DNA of 64,000 nt, taken from NCBI GenBank assembly GCA_965238225.1, contig OZ250183.1:308680-372679 (forward strand), read 5' to 3'. Source of the DNA: Gammaproteobacteria bacterium. GTDB taxonomy: Bacteria > Pseudomonadota > Gammaproteobacteria > Eutrophobiales > Eutrophobiaceae. The notes below the pieces were generated by a model. It was not told the origin of the DNA. It was given only the letters and a program-made list of their open reading frames with translations, and ran no database searches. A program made the position numbers and the translations under genes. This document shows positions 10,196 to 20,539 of the stretch, piece by piece (within the stretch, counting starts at the first letter, position 1; each line of letters opens with the position of its first letter).

Positions 10196-11437
10196 ATGAG
10201 TGAAACGGTACACATTCCACAGTTAAGATTTCCTGAGTTTAGTGGTGAGTGGGAAGAGAAAAGTTGGGTGATCGTTGGTCAACATTGTAGAAAGTTAAAA
10301 AACCAATAACATCTGAATAGAATATTCCGATTTAAGTAGGAGACATATCCTAAGATTTACTGATGCAATAGAAATGGACTCAGAGTTTACACAATGATAC
10401 TTTAAAATAAATAGCAAAATTTCCAATTAAGGCAAAATGCTTTATTTGGCTTTAAGCTCAATTGGAAGACTGTGCCGTAATCACTGAAGAGTTCGCCAAT
10501 CAAATTTTCAAGCTCCAATTTAGTTTCAATGATACAGATTTTTGACTGAACTTAATTTTAGTATTAAAAACAACCTAAATTGATCTACAAAGAAAACATC
10601 AATTACTACTGGTAATATCAGTTAACAAATTTTCAAGATTTAAAATTCAAATTATTCCAATCCAAACCAGAACAACAAAAAATAGCAGCATTCCTAACCG
10701 CAGTTGATAACAAAATCGAGCAATTAAGTAAAAAGAAAAAACATTTGCTTAAGTATAAAAAAGGCTTAATGCAACAAATCTTTAGTCAAGCCATTCGCTT
10801 TCACCCCAAGGGTATTTCCTCGCAGCACTCAGGGCACCGCGATGATGGTAGTAATTTTCCTGATTGGGAAGAGAAGAAGTTGGGAGGTGTTGGTCAGATT
10901 GTTACTGGAGGAAAACTCCAAAGTAGAATAGAACAATCCATATTATGGAATGGGAATATTCAAAGTTCAAGTTTACTCCTACAGAGATATTTTGAAAAGC
11001 GCTATATCAAGTCAATAGTAAAAGAACAATTACTAATGAAATTTTGGATTAATATCATCCGCAAATTGTTGCCAATTGGCAGTATTGCTTTTTTCAAGCA
11101 GGGCTAGGAAAGTTTATTAGTCTGGAATAGCGGTTCAACAATGTTCAATTTCAACCAAATTAACTCAATTATTGTTAATGATGATTTTAATAATGAATTT
11201 TTTACAATTAAGCTAATTTTAAACTGACTCCCTAATTAAATTTACACAGGTAATCAGGGTTACCAATAATAAATAAAGACTGAAATCAAGAAAATTAAAA
11301 TACACTGCCCAGCTTTAGAAGAACAAACCAAAATCGCCAACTTCCTATCTTCAATCGATACCAAAATCGAACAAGTGGGTAAGCAGTTTGTGAGTCAAGC
11401 AATTAAAAAAGCCCTGCTCCAGCAGATGTTTGTGTGA
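10196..11437 (+). pseudogene. hsdS: type I R-M specificity subunit, decayed
   Basis: Three conserved blocks survive: MSETVHIPQLRFPEFSGEWEEK (10196-), PEQQKIAAFLTAVDNKIEQLSKKKKHLLKYKKGLMQQIF...FPDWEEKKLG (10616-), and ALEEQTKIANFLSSIDTKIEQVGKQF...LLQQMFV (11273-11437). Both TRD regions between them contain many in-frame stops, and TRD-like remnants lie in other frames. Confidence 0.8.
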
Positions 11438-11480
11438 TTTTGTTGCAAGATGAATGATAAATCATTGTATCTTGATCAAT

Positions 11481-11655
11481 TGATGAATGATAAATCTATT
11501 TGTGCATCAAAAAATAATAGAAATGATACATAAACCATTTTGTTACTCATTGATGAATGATAAATCTATTTGTGCATCAAAAAATAATAGAAATGATACA
11601 TAAACCATTTTGTTACTCATTGATGAATGATAAATCTATTTGTGCATCAAAAAAT
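11481..11655. repeat. perfect 70-bp tandem repeat, 2.5 copies
   Basis: Unit TGATGAATGATAAATCTATTTGTGCATCAAAAAATAATAGAAATGATACATAAACCATTTTGTTACTCAT at 11481, 11551 and 11621 (third copy partial). Each copy starts with the inverted repeat TTGATG...CATCAA. Degenerate ATGAATGATAAA(A)TC boxes also lie at 11450 and 11682. Confidence 0.95.
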
Positions 11656-11667
11656 TATAAATATAAT
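11640..11667 (+). promoter_or_regulatory. candidate sigma70 promoter for fic (TTGTGC - 16 nt - TATAAT)
   Basis: The -35-like hexamer lies inside the last repeat box. A consensus TATAAT at 11662-11667 occurs only after the truncated third copy. Confidence 0.35.
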
Positions 11668-11722
11668 ATACAAATCTATTTATGAATGATAAAATCTTTT
11701 TTTTAATATAAAAGAAGGATTT

Positions 11723-12838
11723 ATGATGCCAGTAGATACGTCAAATTCTGTTTTATACCATCATGGTAAATTTCCACCCGCGCAATTGGATTATACCAAG
11801 CTGATTCAGCCCTTAACCAAGGCAACTACAGCATTATCTCGTTATGACCAAATGCTGAGAAATTTACATAATAGCGCCATATTGCTGGTTCCACTTAGAC
11901 ATCAAGAAGCAGTGTTTACATCTAGAATGGAAGGCACGATCAGCACACTGGATGAAATATTAGAATATGACGCACAAGGCGATGACAAGATAACAAATGT
12001 TCGGGATGAGGCAATAGAGACTTTTCTATATGCTCATTCGTTAAATAAAACACAAAAGGCAATGCAGGACGGACAAGAATTATCCGACTTTTTACTGCGT
12101 CAGGCACATCAAGCATTGTTGTCTCTTGGAAGGGGTGTAGATAAAAACCCAGGGCAATTTAAAACTGAACAGAATTATCTGACTGATGGAATTAGATCCA
12201 ATGTGTCATTCACCCCAATTGCGCCTGAGCACTTGCAAGGCGGATTAGATACGTTGTTTCACTATATTAAAAACGATAGGCAAATCCCTTTGATTAAAGT
12301 CGCGCTTGCCCATGTGGAGTTTGAAGCCTTGCATCCGTTCAAAGACGGTAATGGTCGTATTGGCAGAATGTTAATTACTTTAATGCTTTGGTCGTATGGT
12401 TTGATTTCTGAGCCACATTTTTATATGAGTCATTATTTAGAGAAAAACAAAGATTTGTATATTAATAGAATGCTGGATGTTTCCAGAAACGATAACTGGG
12501 ATGATTGGTGTGTATTTTTCTTTAATGCGGTGGAAGAACAAGCGATAAAAAATTTAGAGATCACAGAAAAAATACTTTGCCTGTATAACCAGATGAAAGA
12601 TTTATTTTCGCAGGCTTTGTCTTCTAAATGGAGTGTGCAGGTATTGGATGTGATGTTTATAAACCCCATATTTAAAAATAATACTTTAACCAGAATATCA
12701 GGCGTATCAAAACAAAGCGCTAATAGATTTGCCCATGTTTTACTGAAAAAAGAACTAATTAAGATAATTAGAGAGCCATCTGGCAGTCGCGGTGCGATGT
12801 ATTCATTTGAGCCTTTGTTAGAATTAGTAAGAGTTTAA
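11723..12838 (+). CDS. Fic-family protein (AMPylase-type) with N-terminal inhibitory motif
   Basis: [12 protein letters not shown] matches HxFx(D/E)GNGRxxR. TSRMEG matches the (S/T)xxxE(G/N) auto-inhibition motif. Confidence 0.9.
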   Translation: MMPVDTSNSVLYHHGKFPPAQLDYTKLIQPLTKATTALSRYDQMLRNLHNSAILLVPLRHQEAVFTSRMEGTISTLDEILEYDAQGDDKITNVRDEAIETFLYAHSLNKTQKAMQDGQELSDFLLRQAHQALLSLGRGVDKNPGQFKTEQNYLTDGIRSNVSFTPIAPEHLQGGLDTLFHYIKNDRQIPLIKVALAHVEFEALHPFKDGNGRIGRMLITLMLWSYGLISEPHFYMSHYLEKNKDLYINRMLDVSRNDNWDDWCVFFFNAVEEQAIKNLEITEKILCLYNQMKDLFSQALSSKWSVQVLDVMFINPIFKNNTLTRISGVSKQSANRFAHVLLKKELIKIIREPSGSRGAMYSFEPLLELVRV

Positions 12839-12839
12839 A

Positions 12840-15653
12840 ATGAAACATCAAAGCGAGGCGGCGCTGGAAAGCCAACTGATCACGCAGCTTCAATCACTTG
12901 AATATGAGCGTGTTGCTGTAACGAATGAGAACGAACTACTTGCTAATCTTAAAACCCAATTAGAAAAACACAACAAAACATCATTTACTGCGAGTGAGTT
13001 TAAACGCATAACCAATCATCTTAATAAAGGCAATGTCTTTGAAAAAGCCAAGATTCTTAGAGACAAGTTTGCGCTGACTCGTGATGATGGTACGAATAGT
13101 TATATAGAGTTTCTAGACTCAGAGCATTGGTGTCAGAATCTGTTTCAAGTAACCAATCAAGTGACGATTGAGGGTACTTATAAGAACCGCTATGATGTCA
13201 CACTCCTAATCAATGGCTTTCCACTGGTACAGATTGAACTCAAGCGCAGAGGCATAGAACTTAAGCAAGCGTTTAATCAGATTAACCGCTATCAAAAACA
13301 TTCATTCCAGTCTAACAGTGCTTTGTTTGGCTATGTTCAGTTGTTTGTTATCTCCAATGGAGTCAATACCAAGTATTACGCCAACAACAAGAAACAATCG
13401 TTTAAGCAGACTTTCTTCTGGGCGGATGAAAATAACAAGAATATAACCAACCTTGAAGCCTTCACCTATGATTTTTTAGAGCGTTGTCACATCTCTAAGA
13501 TGATATGTAAATACGTTGTATTGGCTGAAACGGATAGGATACTAATGGTGTTGCGTCCGTATCAGTATTACGCAACTGAGGCGATTATTGACAGAGTCCA
13601 GAACTCTAATAAAAACGGCTATGTCTGGCACACCACGGGCAGTGGTAAAACACTAACTTCCTTTAAGGCAGCACAGATATTAATGAAGCTGCCAGAGGTG
13701 TATAAGGTGGTGTTTGTTGTTGATAGGAAGGACTTAGACTATCAAACCACCAAGGAGTTCAACAGCTTTAGTGATGGCTCTGTAGATGGTACTGACAATA
13801 CCCGTGCTTTGGTGAAGCAGTTTGGTGATGATACGCCGTTAATTGTTACCACCATTCAAAAGCTCAACACAGCCATTAGTAAAGAGCGCTACTTATCGAC
13901 TATGGAGGGTTTAAAAGATAAGCCTTTAGTTTTTATCTTTGACGAGTGTCATCGCTCACAGTTCGGTGCGACACACCTTAGAATTACCAAGTTCTTCAAC
14001 AACAACCAGATGGTTGGCTTTACAGGCACACCTATCTTCCCTGAGAATGCGGTTGGTAACAAGATGGGCAAGCGAACCACCGCAGAGCTATTTGATGATT
14101 GTCTCCATAAGTATGTGATTACCGATGCGATTAGTGATGACAATGTTCTAAAGTTCTCCATTGAGTACGTGGGTCGATACAAAGAGAAAGAGGGCGGCAC
14201 AGTTTATGCGGATGTTGATGTTGAGAGTATTGATACCAAGGAGCTATTGGAGTCCAATGACAGGCTGAGCAAGATTACTGATTATATTGTTGCTAATCAC
14301 AATAGAAAGACTCACGACAAGGCGTTCACTGCAATGATGGCAGTTGGCAGCATTGATGCCTTAACCAAGTACTATGAGTTATTCAAAGCCAAGCAGCACG
14401 ATTTAAAGATTGCGACTATCTTTAGTTATAGCGCCAATGAGGACGACAAAGATGCCGATGGCTTGTATGACTCAGACGGCGTTAATGTCAACGAAGACAA
14501 CATAAATCAGCACAGTAGAGACAAGCTAGAGCGCTATATTTCTGACTACAATAAGTTATTCAACACCAGATATACCACCAGAGATTCGCAGAGTTATTAC
14601 AACTACTACAACGACATATCCAAGCGAGTAAAGCGTCGTGAGATTGATTTGTTGTTGGTGGTAAATATGTTCTTAACAGGCTTTGACGCGCCAATGCTCA
14701 ATACCTTGTATATTGATAAGAATCTAAAGTATCACGGGCTGATTCAAGCATTCTCAAGAACCAATAGAATTGTTAATGAGAAGAAGTCACAGGGTAATAT
14801 CGTTAGCTTTAGAAACCTAAAAGACGCTACTGATGAGGCGATTGCGCTGTTCTCAAATAAGGAGGCTAAAGACATTATCTTAATGAAGCCTTATGAGGAA
14901 TATGTGAAGCTGTTTAATGAGGCGTTTATCAATTTAACAAACATCGCACCAAGCGTGAGCAGTGTTGATGGTTTAACTAATGAAGATGAGCAGTTAGAGT
15001 TTATTAAAGCGTTCAGAGAGTTGATGCGCTTGAAGAATGTGTTGAGCGGATTTAGTGACTTTAACTTCTCAGACTTATCGATGGGTGAGCAGCAGTTTGA
15101 AGATTACAAGTCGAAGTATCTTGATCTGTATGAACAGGTGAAGAGCAACAAAGAAGTTGAGAAAGTATCCATTCTTGATGAAGTGGACTTTGAGCTTGAG
15201 TTAATCCACAAGGATGAGATTAACGTGGCGTACATCTTGCGCTTGCTTGCTAAGTACCGTGAAAGTGATACAGCCAAGTACGCTGAGCATAGAAAGAACA
15301 TTATTAATATCGTTGCTGGGCAAGAGCATTTGCGTTCCAAGCGTGAGCTGATTGAAGAGTTTATTGATTCGCATTTGATGGGTATTGCTGTTGATGACAT
15401 TGATGATGAGTTTGAGAAGTTCTGGGAAGAGCAAAAGGTGGGCGAGTTTGGGATACTGTGTGAAGAAGAAGGCTTGCACGAGGAAGAGGTTAGAGCTGTG
15501 GTTGAGACTTATCTATACGACCAGCGTAAACCACTGTTAGATGATATTGCTAAAACATTACAGACCAAACCAAAGCTATTTGAACGCAAGAAAATTATTA
15601 CAAAAGTGCTTGATAAGATTATGGGACATATTGAGAAATTTTATGAATTGTAG
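12840..15653 (+). CDS. hsdR: type I restriction endonuclease subunit R
   Basis: 937 aa. [10 protein letters not shown] (Walker A), FDECHRSQ (DEAH-like box). ATG lies 1 nt after the fic TAA. Confidence 0.95.
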   Translation: MKHQSEAALESQLITQLQSLEYERVAVTNENELLANLKTQLEKHNKTSFTASEFKRITNHLNKGNVFEKAKILRDKFALTRDDGTNSYIEFLDSEHWCQNLFQVTNQVTIEGTYKNRYDVTLLINGFPLVQIELKRRGIELKQAFNQINRYQKHSFQSNSALFGYVQLFVISNGVNTKYYANNKKQSFKQTFFWADENNKNITNLEAFTYDFLERCHISKMICKYVVLAETDRILMVLRPYQYYATEAIIDRVQNSNKNGYVWHTTGSGKTLTSFKAAQILMKLPEVYKVVFVVDRKDLDYQTTKEFNSFSDGSVDGTDNTRALVKQFGDDTPLIVTTIQKLNTAISKERYLSTMEGLKDKPLVFIFDECHRSQFGATHLRITKFFNNNQMVGFTGTPIFPENAVGNKMGKRTTAELFDDCLHKYVITDAISDDNVLKFSIEYVGRYKEKEGGTVYADVDVESIDTKELLESNDRLSKITDYIVANHNRKTHDKAFTAMMAVGSIDALTKYYELFKAKQHDLKIATIFSYSANEDDKDADGLYDSDGVNVNEDNINQHSRDKLERYISDYNKLFNTRYTTRDSQSYYNYYNDISKRVKRREIDLLLVVNMFLTGFDAPMLNTLYIDKNLKYHGLIQAFSRTNRIVNEKKSQGNIVSFRNLKDATDEAIALFSNKEAKDIILMKPYEEYVKLFNEAFINLTNIAPSVSSVDGLTNEDEQLEFIKAFRELMRLKNVLSGFSDFNFSDLSMGEQQFEDYKSKYLDLYEQVKSNKEVEKVSILDEVDFELELIHKDEINVAYILRLLAKYRESDTAKYAEHRKNIINIVAGQEHLRSKRELIEEFIDSHLMGIAVDDIDDEFEKFWEEQKVGEFGILCEEEGLHEEEVRAVVETYLYDQRKPLLDDIAKTLQTKPKLFERKKIITKVLDKIMGHIEKFYEL

Positions 15654-15915
15654 TGTGATGGGTGAGTATCTTATAGATGGCTCTAATATAAAAAGAGCAC
15701 AGATTAGCTTGAGCAGATGAAAAAATTACGCCTTAGCGTTTGTAATATTAGAATTAACTGAAAACACCAACTAAAACCTTAAGCTCTTAACTTTATTGTT
15801 TTATTGGGTCTAAAGGCTAACACAAGCCCCTAAATATTTTGTATATGTCCGCATTTTATGATAAATTTATAAAGATAGAAATGGTTTTGAAAGTTGTTCT
15901 TTATACCGACCCCAG

Positions 15916-15943
15916 TAACAATAGTTATTTAACAATAGTTATT
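15916..15943. promoter_or_regulatory. tandem 14-bp direct repeat TAACAATAGTTATT x2 (operator-like)
   Basis: Two abutting identical copies 30 nt upstream of the ATG at 15973. Each is a near-palindrome, TAAC-nnnn-GTTA. Confidence 0.4.
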
Positions 15944-15972
15944 CCATAACACCAAAATAATAGGAATTTATT

Positions 15973-16161
15973 ATGCCAGAAAATACTAGAATTACTAGCC
16001 CGATTGAAATCAAGGATAATTCAAGAGAAAGTGTGGCTCTTGAACTTACAAGAGCCATAGCCCACGCAGAAAAATTATTTGATATTCCAAACGAATACCG
16101 CAAAAAATTACTAGATTTATATGCAGAATGTTTGGATGCAACTAATGGATCTAGAAATTAG
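15973..16161 (+). CDS. hypothetical 62-aa protein
   Basis: ORF only. Weak SD (AGGAA). No family recognised. Confidence 0.3.
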   Translation: MPENTRITSPIEIKDNSRESVALELTRAIAHAEKLFDIPNEYRKKLLDLYAECLDATNGSRN

Positions 16162-16236
16162 AGAGTAGTTGAAATAATTTTAAAAACACCTGATAAATCA
16201 TCCCAGCGGAAATCTGGCTATTGCACTGGCTTGACA

Positions 16237-17112
16237 TTACATTTTTGTAGATAAATATCTTTGCCAATAGATAATGGCCAAAATTAGAAGCAAGGAGAAG
16301 GACAAATACCCCATCGTGGGGTTAATTTGGTTAACCAGAAAATCAAATTGACTTGCGTTGACATACTCACTAAATCTACCCGTTATTTTAACTGTCATGA
16401 CTATGCCAGCGTGAACACCAATGCATAGGGCAATATTACCATTACGTAGACGCATCATTGATAACAGTACGCCTAAAGCAAGCAAAGTCAGAAAGTGATC
16501 GATAATATTAAGATAAGAAAATTTATAAAGTGCATCTGGTAACATTTCTATGCCTGTGCTCCAGGTAATTTCCGATCCTTCTGGCAGTTTTTTGTATTTA
16601 AAGAAATGGACTGCTGCATAAACAAAGCTGGTGAGTGATATAGCAATTAAGGCGCTGGTTTTTTTATACAAGCCGCTAAATAATGCACCACGAAAGATAG
16701 TCTCTTCGATAAATGCAACCGCAAAACCCGCCAAGATGGCTTGAATAAATATCAGAAATAGATTAGACAAAAAATAATCCAGATTTGGTTTTATTTGATG
16801 AACACCAGATAGGATTAAGATTAATTTCAGGGATGCAAAAATCAAGACCCCAACAAAAAATCCTCGCAGTAATTCTTTTAAGAAAATATTCTTTGCAAGC
16901 CCAAAACCAAATGCTTGCCTTGAATATATTTGGTTATATTTTAAATAGATGCCGCTTCCAATAAAACCGCAAAGCAAGGTTGTGTAGTGGGCTAATTTGT
17001 GAAAAGGCAAATCAATAAAATTTTTTAAAGCGAGGTGTATAGGATACGTCAGCAATGGGCTGATTGTGATGATAAGAAAAATAAGGATGAAAAAAAACAA
17101 AATGGGACGCAT
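16237..17112 (-). CDS. CPBP-family intramembrane glutamic endopeptidase
   Basis: Polytopic membrane protein with EETIFRGALF and VYAAVHF motifs. Confidence 0.8.
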   Translation of the reverse strand: MRPILFFFILIFLIITISPLLTYPIHLALKNFIDLPFHKLAHYTTLLCGFIGSGIYLKYNQIYSRQAFGFGLAKNIFLKELLRGFFVGVLIFASLKLILILSGVHQIKPNLDYFLSNLFLIFIQAILAGFAVAFIEETIFRGALFSGLYKKTSALIAISLTSFVYAAVHFFKYKKLPEGSEITWSTGIEMLPDALYKFSYLNIIDHFLTLLALGVLLSMMRLRNGNIALCIGVHAGIVMTVKITGRFSEYVNASQFDFLVNQINPTMGYLSFSLLLILAIIYWQRYLSTKM

Positions 17113-17157
17113 GAAGGAGAATAAATCTTGAAATTATATTGTAAATTTAAGAGTATT

Positions 17158-17376
17158 TTATTGTATCACAGCCTCTCTTGATTCTGCACCATCACCATTG
17201 TCTTGCCAGCTTATACGAATAGTGTCGCCTGATCTTGCGCCCATGAAAGAAAACGACAAATACGGATTTTTTGAAACAGCGCGACTCCAGTCACATGTCA
17301 TAATGACTTTATCATTATGATTTATGGTCACTACTGGGAGTGACTCCAAGTCCTGGGAAAAATTCTGATAGAGCAT
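17158..17376 (-). CDS. hypothetical 72-aa protein
   Basis: ORF only, no SD, no family recognised. Confidence 0.25.
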   Translation of the reverse strand: MLYQNFSQDLESLPVVTINHNDKVIMTCDWSRAVSKNPYLSFSFMGARSGDTIRISWQDNGDGAESREAVIQ

Positions 17377-17563
17377 CTGTTTTTGTTTCTGCGTTAAATG
17401 AATTTATATGCCAATTGGCAAAGGCTAAGATAGGCTTTAATAGGCTGCTCACTCTGGCAGCAATAAAGGCGGCATCTCACGTCATTTGTGAAACAAAAAT
17501 TTTGCGTGTTAATGTGCATGGTTATATTTGATTTTTAAGAATCAATTAAATTTTTTTATTCCT

Positions 17564-19009
17564 CTATATTTTGAGGTCTTTTTCAAGATCAATTTCATAT
17601 TTCAGTTCATCCAATCTTGCCGTGATGATTTCCCTTTGATAATAATTAAGATAGTTATTTCTTTTTGTATGAAGGAGTTTTTCTATAGCGAGTTTGGTAT
17701 CACCAGCAAGATAATGATATTCTGCTTTGGCAATCCCTGAATTTGTCATTGATCCACTTTGTGCCTCAGCTTGCGAGAGCAAATTATAATAATCAGGATC
17801 ATGATCTTGTATATGGCGGTAGTGGTTTAATATATTACGTGCCTGCTGTGGTTTTTTGGAATCCAATAATGCTTTTGTGTAGGCAAAAACCAGTGGTCTG
17901 TAGTCTGGATATAACTTATAGGCATTTCGCAAAATGCTGATAGCTGCATTATAATTTCTCTCTTCTGATTCAATGCTTGCAGCAGCGAGTATGTAAGTGA
18001 TGTTATCTCTATCTTTAACCAATAAAAAATTTAGTTGCTCGCGTGCTAGGTTATAGGTGCCATTGTTTATTAGTGCTAATACATAGCCATAACGAACAGG
18101 AATTTTATGTTCTTCAAGGGTGGTTGATAAACGATATTTGAATTCTTTTACTGCATCCTTGGTATTTTTGTAACTGTTAACTTCAAGTTTTGATTTTACC
18201 AATTTATAACTATCGGTATTTACATGGTTTACTTTTTTATATTTTGATGCTCTGGCTTTTGCCTCAGCAATACGCGAGGCTGTCAGCGGGTGGGTTCTGA
18301 GAAATTCGGGGGCATTGCCTTGATAGTATTCTGATTTTTGTTGTAAGCGCTCAAAAAAACTTGGCATACCCTGTGGATCGTAACCAGAACGCCCAAGCAG
18401 TTGCATACCGATACGGTCTGCTTCTTCTTCATTTGCACGGGTAAAATTAATTTGTGCTTGAATATTTGCGCCAGCGACAACAGTCAAAGCCGCTTTTCCT
18501 GCCTCTGGGTTTGCAACAGTTAATAATATTGCTCCAAGCATCATAGCTGCTTTTGCTAAACCGTACTGTCCTGCTTTTTCAAATTGCCTGGCCAAGTGTC
18601 TTTGTGTAACGTGGGTAACTTCATGTGCCAGAACACCTGCCAGTTCATTTTCGTTTCTTGAGCTTAGAATTGTGCCACTATTTATGCCGATAATGCCTCC
18701 TGGCGCAGCAAAAGCATTGATGTTTGGGTTATCAACAACAAAGAAAGTAAATTTCAAGCTATTATTGTCACTGTTAGCGACCAATCGATAGCCAATTGAG
18801 TCGATATATGTTTGTACTTCCGGATCATCTATTATGGTGGCGTTCTGTCTAACGTTACGCATGAAGGCCTTGCCAAGACGCCGTTCAAATTCTGGCGATA
18901 TGGCGCTACCTGATGAATCACCTATATCAGGCAAATCAAACGAGTCGACAGCCTGACTAATATTGCTTGTTAGCAACAGGAGTACAAGAATGTAATAATT
19001 AAATTTCAT
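17564..19009 (-). CDS. bepA: M48 metalloprotease with TPR domain (BepA/YfgC-like)
   Basis: Signal peptide, HEVTHVTQRH (HExxH), TPR-like C-terminal half. Confidence 0.85.
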   Translation of the reverse strand: MKFNYYILVLLLLTSNISQAVDSFDLPDIGDSSGSAISPEFERRLGKAFMRNVRQNATIIDDPEVQTYIDSIGYRLVANSDNNSLKFTFFVVDNPNINAFAAPGGIIGINSGTILSSRNENELAGVLAHEVTHVTQRHLARQFEKAGQYGLAKAAMMLGAILLTVANPEAGKAALTVVAGANIQAQINFTRANEEEADRIGMQLLGRSGYDPQGMPSFFERLQQKSEYYQGNAPEFLRTHPLTASRIAEAKARASKYKKVNHVNTDSYKLVKSKLEVNSYKNTKDAVKEFKYRLSTTLEEHKIPVRYGYVLALINNGTYNLAREQLNFLLVKDRDNITYILAAASIESEERNYNAAISILRNAYKLYPDYRPLVFAYTKALLDSKKPQQARNILNHYRHIQDHDPDYYNLLSQAEAQSGSMTNSGIAKAEYHYLAGDTKLAIEKLLHTKRNNYLNYYQREIITARLDELKYEIDLEKDLKI

Positions 19010-19146
19010 TGGTAGCTTTGAGTATATTTTATTTTACAATTTCCGTTCAAATAAATATGAGATTTCAAATATAGAAATGTCTTTATAGGCTATCGTAGGA
19101 ACAATACCAGTCTATTTCCACAAATTATAGGATAATTAATAATCTA

Positions 19147-20412
19147 ATGAGTGAAAGGAAAAATGCTTTTTATGCGCAGTCAGGGGGCGTTACCTCTGTA
19201 ATTAATGCTACGGCTTGTGGCGTTATTGAAACTGCACGCTACCATAATGACAAGATTGCTAACGTTTACGCAGGACGCAATGGTATTATTGGTGCACTAA
19301 CCGAAGAGCTTATTGATACAGGCAAAGAGTCCGGCGATGCGATTGCGGCACTACGATATACGCCATCTGGTGCCTTTGGTTCCTGTCGTTATAAGCTACA
19401 AGACCTTGAAGAAAACAAGGCTAAATACAAACGTTTGATTGAAGTATTTAGAGCGCACGATATTGGCTATTTCTTTTATAATGGCGGCGGAGATTCCGTT
19501 GATACCTGCTACAAGATTTCCCAACTTTCAGAAAAGATGAATCTCCCAATGCAAGTAATTCATATTCCAAAGACGGTAGATAATGATTTATCTATCACGG
19601 ATAACTGCCCGGGCTTTGGTTCTGTTGCTAAATATGTCGCTGTCTCAACCCGTGAGGCTTCTTACGATGTGTTGTCTATGGCCAAAACCTCAACCAAGGT
19701 TTTTGTTTTTGAGGTGATGGGTCGGCACGCAGGCTGGATTGCCGCTGCCGGAGGATTGGCATCTGATGGAGAAAATGATATTCCTGTTGTCATATTATTT
19801 CCAGAGGTAGAGTTTAATAAAGAACGTTTTCTATCATGCGTGAAGAAGAACGTTGAAAGTTACGGTTACTGCACTGTTGTTGTGTCTGAAGGTGTAAAGT
19901 GGTCAGATGGAAAGTTTCTTTCAGAACAAGGCATGCGAGATTCTTTTGGTCATGCCCAACTAGGCGGTGTTGCTCCTGTGATCGCCAATATGATTAAAGA
20001 TGCCTATGGTTATAAATATCATTGGGCAGTGGCAGATTATTTACAACGTTCTGCCAGACATATCGCTTCGAAAACTGATGTTGAACAAGCTTATGCGCTT
20101 GGCAAGGCAGCGGTTGAGATGGTGCTTGCTGGTGAGGATGCCGTTATGCCTACGATAGTTCGTACATCAAATGATCCTTATACATGGGAAGTAGGTAAAA
20201 CGGATTTGGCTGGTGTTGCTAATATCGAGAAGATGGTGCCTCTTGAATATATAAGCGAAGATGGTTTTGGAATTACGGATGCGTGTAGACGTTATTTGAC
20301 ACCGCTCATTGAGGGTGAGGATTATCCGCCTTATGAGAACGGCATGCCGAAGTATGTTCGGCTGAAAAATGAAGCAGTTGCTAAGAAGTTAAAGACCGAG
20401 TTTAAGGTTTGA
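19147..20412 (+). CDS. pfp: 6-phosphofructokinase, probably pyrophosphate-dependent type
   Basis: NAFYAQSGGVTSVINA, FFYNGGGDS, IPKTVDNDL, MGRHAGWIA. At 421 aa, the length and N-terminus resemble the PPi-PFKs of methylotrophs and thiotrophs as I recall them. The phosphoryl donor is not proven from sequence. Confidence 0.75.
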   Translation: MSERKNAFYAQSGGVTSVINATACGVIETARYHNDKIANVYAGRNGIIGALTEELIDTGKESGDAIAALRYTPSGAFGSCRYKLQDLEENKAKYKRLIEVFRAHDIGYFFYNGGGDSVDTCYKISQLSEKMNLPMQVIHIPKTVDNDLSITDNCPGFGSVAKYVAVSTREASYDVLSMAKTSTKVFVFEVMGRHAGWIAAAGGLASDGENDIPVVILFPEVEFNKERFLSCVKKNVESYGYCTVVVSEGVKWSDGKFLSEQGMRDSFGHAQLGGVAPVIANMIKDAYGYKYHWAVADYLQRSARHIASKTDVEQAYALGKAAVEMVLAGEDAVMPTIVRTSNDPYTWEVGKTDLAGVANIEKMVPLEYISEDGFGITDACRRYLTPLIEGEDYPPYENGMPKYVRLKNEAVAKKLKTEFKV

Positions 20413-20539
20413 CAAATAGTCCTGTCGTGTGTGGCGCTCGTCACATCAGCCTTTTTGACTGCATTAATGTAATCGGTAGAACGACGCAGGAAGTCGAAAC
20501 CAAGAGCCAATATCCAGTCAATAATCAATATCTTTTTCT

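Noticed and set aside
11481-11655. Whether the 70-bp repeats could be a small CRISPR array
   Set aside because: The copies abut each other with no unique spacers, the unit is far longer than a CRISPR repeat, and no cas genes are present.
15901-15915. A possible att-like duplication of the tRNA-Lys 3' end marking the far edge of the R-M island
   Set aside because: Only a 6-nt match (CGACCC at 15907-15912) to the tRNA acceptor/T-arm end, which is indistinguishable from chance.
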